Shown in pieces: positions 60,041 through 64,000 of a stretch of 64,000 nucleotides of DNA. Within the stretch, counting starts at the first letter, position 1; the number at the start of each line of letters is the position of its first letter. The DNA is from Lophium mytilinum (lineage: Eukaryota): NCBI GenBank assembly GCA_010093605.1, contig MU004182.1:383502-447501 (forward strand), read 5' to 3'. The position numbers and the translations under genes were made by a program. The notes under the pieces were generated by a model. That model did no database searches, had not been told where the DNA came from, and worked only from the letters and a program-made list of their open reading frames with translations.

Positions 60041-61594
60041 CTATACGGCTTTGATCTCTTGTGTCATATCTACGTCATCCGCAGGGTGGAATACTTCCCA
60101 GAACTCCTCTATCTGTTTGTCGTAGCCTGCGTCACCTGGGTCGCATTGGCCCGTGTGCTTTAGAAGTTCTATCAAAGCATTTCCGTCTTTTTGACCCTGA
60201 AGATGCGTACGATCACGAGGAAAATAGTTCTCAAAGTCAGTTCCCCCAATGCGAACCCACAAATCCAATTTTCCGGATGCGTCGACCGCTTGGTAACTGT
60301 TGAAATCTAGCCCCAGCATCTGTGAGCCCCCGATGTTGCTTTGAAGGTTTGCGTTTGGTGGCGAAGAACTAGCTTCACAAAGCTGGCAGTCGAAATAAAA
60401 TTCCTTCAGCTGTGGAAGCTTAGTCCTGAACTTGTCGAATAGATCTGGCCACATCACATTGGTCTTGAAAACGCCAAGCTCATGAACAATGGAATAGCTA
60501 TTCCCGTACTTGGTGTGATCGGTGTAATCTTCGACGTCGTTGAGGTCATTGTTGAGAGACTCTTCATTTTGTGCCAAAGCATCGCTGGTACAGTAAAAGA
60601 GGTAAACAATGGGGCACGACTCAAGGCCTAGACGCTTCAAGGTGCTTGCGTGCTCGAAAATCCAGTCCAGTTGTCTTTCGCACCAAATGCCGTAGTTCAC
60701 GAGCGAGAGAGACTGGAGCTTAGGGAAACGGCACTTGCTGAGATCGACCATTGGGCTTCTCGGTCCCACTCGTTCAAAAGTTGCGACCACTGGAAAGCAT
60801 AAGGCCAAGGACGTTACGTTCAAAAGGAGGTCGGAGTTCAACCAACAGTTAGGTAGGCGGTTCAAGAACTCAAGCGTCTTTTGACTGCAGCCGAGGAGCC
60901 GACCGTATTCGCGCCGCTCTCTGGTGATGCTCAGTTGGAAGGACTCCAACCCACGGAGGAGAGCTTCGGTTTCCGGAGCTTGTTCTAGGTCGAGGTCCTC
61001 AATATCTTGAAGGTCAACGATCGTCAAGCTCTTCACTCTCTTATCGACTTCCTTTATAGCGGATTTGTCCTTCCTATCTTTCTCAAACGTATCTTTCAAT
61101 TTTTCGCGCTCTCTTTTATTAAACATTCCTTGGATGATATGGCGCATCATTTCCTGTCGGAAGCGGAGTGTTTGCTCTGGCGCGATCCTGTCAATCATAT
61201 CGTCGTTATAACTGTGGAAATAGATGACAAGTTTCTTGAACCCCTTCATTTTGTCCCTGACTTGCTCTAGAGCCAAGTCCAGCTTCACGGGATTGCTTAA
61301 CTCTATGCACCTGCTCGGGAGTGCGAAAAGAATTTGTCGTACTTCATTCCCATGTCCGGTGTTGATGACGCGCTCAAAGATTGTGTACTCTTCAGATTGT
61401 TCCGCAGGATACACAGCCAAATTGCGAGCCAGCTGTTCGGTAGTGAAAGGCCAAAAGGGTCTGCCAGCCTTTCCAGCATTAAGGGCATCTTCATAGTCGA
61501 GAAATGTGCAGATATGTTTCCAGACATCCTCTGGCAGTGTCACAGGCTTCTCCCCAGGAGCCTGAAGAGACCATTTAGTGGAGGTTTGTTCCAT
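60041..61594 (-). CDS. F-box-like protein with LRR-like C-terminus
   Basis: TLPEDVWKHICTFLDYEDALN (F-box-like); VTSLALCF, FPKLQSLSLVNY, QLDWIFEHASTLKRLGLESCPI. Confidence 0.72.
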   Translation of the reverse strand: MEQTSTKWSLQAPGEKPVTLPEDVWKHICTFLDYEDALNAGKAGRPFWPFTTEQLARNLAVYPAEQSEEYTIFERVINTGHGNEVRQILFALPSRCIELSNPVKLDLALEQVRDKMKGFKKLVIYFHSYNDDMIDRIAPEQTLRFRQEMMRHIIQGMFNKREREKLKDTFEKDRKDKSAIKEVDKRVKSLTIVDLQDIEDLDLEQAPETEALLRGLESFQLSITRERREYGRLLGCSQKTLEFLNRLPNCWLNSDLLLNVTSLALCFPVVATFERVGPRSPMVDLSKCRFPKLQSLSLVNYGIWCERQLDWIFEHASTLKRLGLESCPIVYLFYCTSDALAQNEESLNNDLNDVEDYTDHTKYGNSYSIVHELGVFKTNVMWPDLFDKFRTKLPQLKEFYFDCQLCEASSSPPNANLQSNIGGSQMLGLDFNSYQAVDASGKLDLWVRIGGTDFENYFPRDRTHLQGQKDGNALIELLKHTGQCDPGDAGYDKQIEEFWEVFHPADDVDMTQEIKAV

Positions 61595-61782
61595 TCTATA
61601 GGCGATCGTGCGTGCTGTGGGCACCAGAGAATGGAGGCGTGTTAAGAAGCAATTCGAGGTCGTTTGAGAATAGTGATTGATGTACAGAACCAAATCGTTG
61701 GATCAGGCTTCGGTATCGTGAGGAGTATGCAAGAAGAACAGTACAGTACAGATTACTACATTATATAGAGAAGTTGTGTGTG

Positions 61783-61965
61783 ACTCTGCCGATGGCTTGT
61801 ATCCACGACAGAGCCCAGCGGTGGCCCATCGTGAGCGTTGAGCCTCCCCAGTGACTCTCTATGAAACGCGCATCACTCTGTCGATGGCTTGTGTGCACGG
61901 GAGAGCCCAGCAGCGGCCCATCCTGAGAACAGAAACTTCCCAGTGACTCTTTATAAAACGCGCAT
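61783..61965. repeat. 92-bp imperfect tandem duplication
   Basis: ACTCTG(C/T)CGATGGCTTGT...AGAGCCCAGC...GGCCCATC...CCCAGTGACTCT...AAACGCGCAT starts at both 61783 and 61875. Confidence 0.8.
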
Positions 61966-62773
61966 TTGCAGTAATCGGCCACCAGTGGGCATATGTCACT
62001 GCTAGGGAACGTTGAAGACGTCATGAGGTTTGAGAAAGGAAACGTGATGATGCAACATGAAAGAAACGGAGGGTGGGGTGGTGTAGTGGCTGGTGCTTTG
62101 CTGTTCTCTCCGAGATATCGGGTCCGGGAGGTCGAGGGTAAGGTTCTGCAGCTCTCGGTCTTCGGCGATAGTTGGACGGGTCGATAGCGTTGCGGTTAGT
62201 GAGTTTAGAGGGAAGGGGTAGGTGTCACATGATGTCCGTTAGGATTGGCTCGTAGCTTGCACTGTGAAGGAGCTGCTCTCGGCGAGGGTGGTGAGGGTGG
62301 GTAACGGCTCCGAGGAGTGATGAGAAAGAGATGGAAAGAACCGGCTCAGCTACCAACTGTCACGTAACAGGAGAGAAGTAGACGTTGTACGTGATGTATT
62401 AGATGAATGATGATGTTGTAGAGAAGAGGTCTGGAGGAAGGTGAGGCTATATACAAGAGGTAACACGTGCCTGCCTCCCGTAGCCCTCACCGCTACTCCC
62501 TGACAGTAGGGGTTTAGAGCAAAGTGGTCGTTTTTTTTGGTTTAAAAGGTGGGTTGAGGAGACAGATTATCAATGGAGTGATATGGTGGATACTGGTGCA
62601 AGGGATGATTTAACAGGGGGGTACCGCGGAGGCGGAGTTGGTGAAGGGGCGGACGGCTGACGAGGGATCGGGGGTGGAGGGATGGAGACAGGTAAGTCAA
62701 GGGTAAGCAGATCTAGTAGTTGAGGATATGAAATACATTTATGAGATGGTTCTATATAAGGAAATGAAGCCCC

Positions 62774-63075
62774 CCAATTTATCGACCCAATGTATTGAAA
62801 ATACAGAGATATAGTCCTCCAATTTATCGACCAGTTGTACAGTGGAAGTAAAGGAAATATAGCCATCCAATTTATCGACCCAATGTATTGAAAATACAGG
62901 AATATAATCCTCCAATTTATCGACCAATTGTACAGTGGAAGTAAAGGAAATATAGCCATCCAATTTATCGACCCAGTATAGTGAAAGAAGAAATACAGTC
63001 CTCCAGTTTAACGACCCAGTATATTGAAAAAGAAGAAATACAGTATCCATCTATCGACCAGCTGTACAGTGTAGA
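62774..63075. repeat. Minisatellite of 7 units with CCAATTTATCGACC core and 93-bp higher-order dimer
   Basis: Cores start at 62774, 62819, 62867, 62912, 62960, 63003 and 63047 (periods 45, 48, 45, 48, 43, 44); the last two cores are degenerate. Confidence 0.9.
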
Positions 63076-63302
63076 GAAAGAGAAAAAAAGAAAGGAAGGA
63101 AATATAAGCATCGGTTGCAAGCCGCATGAAGGGCTGGGTCTCTCGGGGTATCTCTTAAGGGTATGGTGAAATTTTTGAAGGGAAGGGAGATCGAGAATAA
63201 AAATGAGTAAGGAAACAACAGGAGAAACACCTAGAAACCTGGTCCGATCTCACGCCGGACTTCAAGCAGCTGAACCAGAATATCGAGGGAGGGTTTTGAT
63301 AC

Positions 63303-64000
63303 TTAGCAAGTATTCTCTTTCCAGCTTTCCCTTTCGAGCTTGATGTTTTCCCAGTACTCATCCATTTGAGCAGCATCATTTTCGTCAATCTGTTTCGTCT
63401 TTCTTAGAATTTTCCTTAGCGCCTTTTCGTCCTTTGTGTCCTGGTCCTCTCCGTCTTGGCTAGCATTGAAATTCGGGTGGTACTCAATGCCGTCCTTCCC
63501 GCTGATTTTGCTGGCGATCGATTCGCCCGAGCAACCCTCTCTGTTATAGGCCCTGTATCTTCCCCATATCAAAGGGAGGGGCCATTCACGTAATCTTACA
63601 GTCTCATCCAATATTGCGTGTGGTCCGCCGTATGGCACAGAGTTGAACCAGAACTTCTTGAGCTTGCCGAGGTTCTCATCGATCTTTTGGAGATAATCTG
63701 CCCATCTAACCCGCGTTGAGTACACTCCATGCGCAACTTTAGTGTAGTGATACGGATATGCATGGTAGGGGTAGATTACATCGGTAGCGATGGCGTGTTC
63801 AACGTCATCTCGCCCGTCCAGATTCTCCATCTTCCGTTCTTCACTTGTACAATAGAAGAGGTAAAGAATTGGACAGATATCAAAGCTTAGTTCTTCCAAG
63901 GTATTCTTGTGGTCGAATATCCAATTGAGCTGGTCTTTATGCCAGAGGCCATAGTTTCCTAGACAAAGAGTCTTGAGGTTCGGAAAGTGGAGGTCGCCCA
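63303..64000 (-). CDS. 3' part of a paralog of the 60041-61594 F-box-like gene (5' end outside window)
   Basis: FPNLKTLCLGNYGLWHKDQLNWIFDHKNTLEELSFDICPILYLFYCTSE aligns with FPKLQSLSLVNYGIWCERQLDWIFEHASTLKRLGLESCPIVYLFYCTSD. Confidence 0.8.
   Translation of the reverse strand, partial: GDLHFPNLKTLCLGNYGLWHKDQLNWIFDHKNTLEELSFDICPILYLFYCTSEERKMENLDGRDDVEHAIATDVIYPYHAYPYHYTKVAHGVYSTRVRWADYLQKIDENLGKLKKFWFNSVPYGGPHAILDETVRLREWPLPLIWGRYRAYNREGCSGESIASKISGKDGIEYHPNFNASQDGEDQDTKDEKALRKILRKTKQIDENDAAQMDEYWENIKLERESWKENTC

Noticed and set aside
62774..63075. CRISPR array
   Set aside because: Eukaryotic locus, no cas genes, the core is only 14 bp, and the spacers are copies of each other.

Overview
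64 kb of a filamentous ascomycete (Pezizomycotina, probably Dothideomycete-like) nuclear chromosome, judged from short GT-AG introns with CTRAY branch points and fungal gene content. The left half is mostly conserved housekeeping genes: RPN2, CET1, pyruvate kinase, MAK31, SPT5, an Ecd/SGT1-family gene, a Pcp1-like spindle-pole-body gene and a sugar porter. From about 30 kb it is more accessory: a RING protein, a decayed subtilase, a split FunK1-type kinase, MnSOD followed by a degenerate Cu/Zn-SOD-fold gene, a decayed phosphoglycerate-mutase-like gene, a Rab5/SAC1 head-to-head pair, a vWA membrane protein, an Rds1-like ferritin-fold protein, a FAR1/Mutator-derived gene and two tandem F-box-like paralogs separated by repeats. 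Signals the ORF track misses: two non-autonomous DNA transposons with terminal inverted repeats and target-site duplications (12.2 kb, 42.2 kb), a candidate Pol III-type structured ncRNA at 40.66-40.86 kb, a second hairpin cluster at 17.8 kb, and a spliced 154-aa metal-ligand-poor SOD1-like gene. All calls are by eye from motifs; no database searches or folding programs were run.
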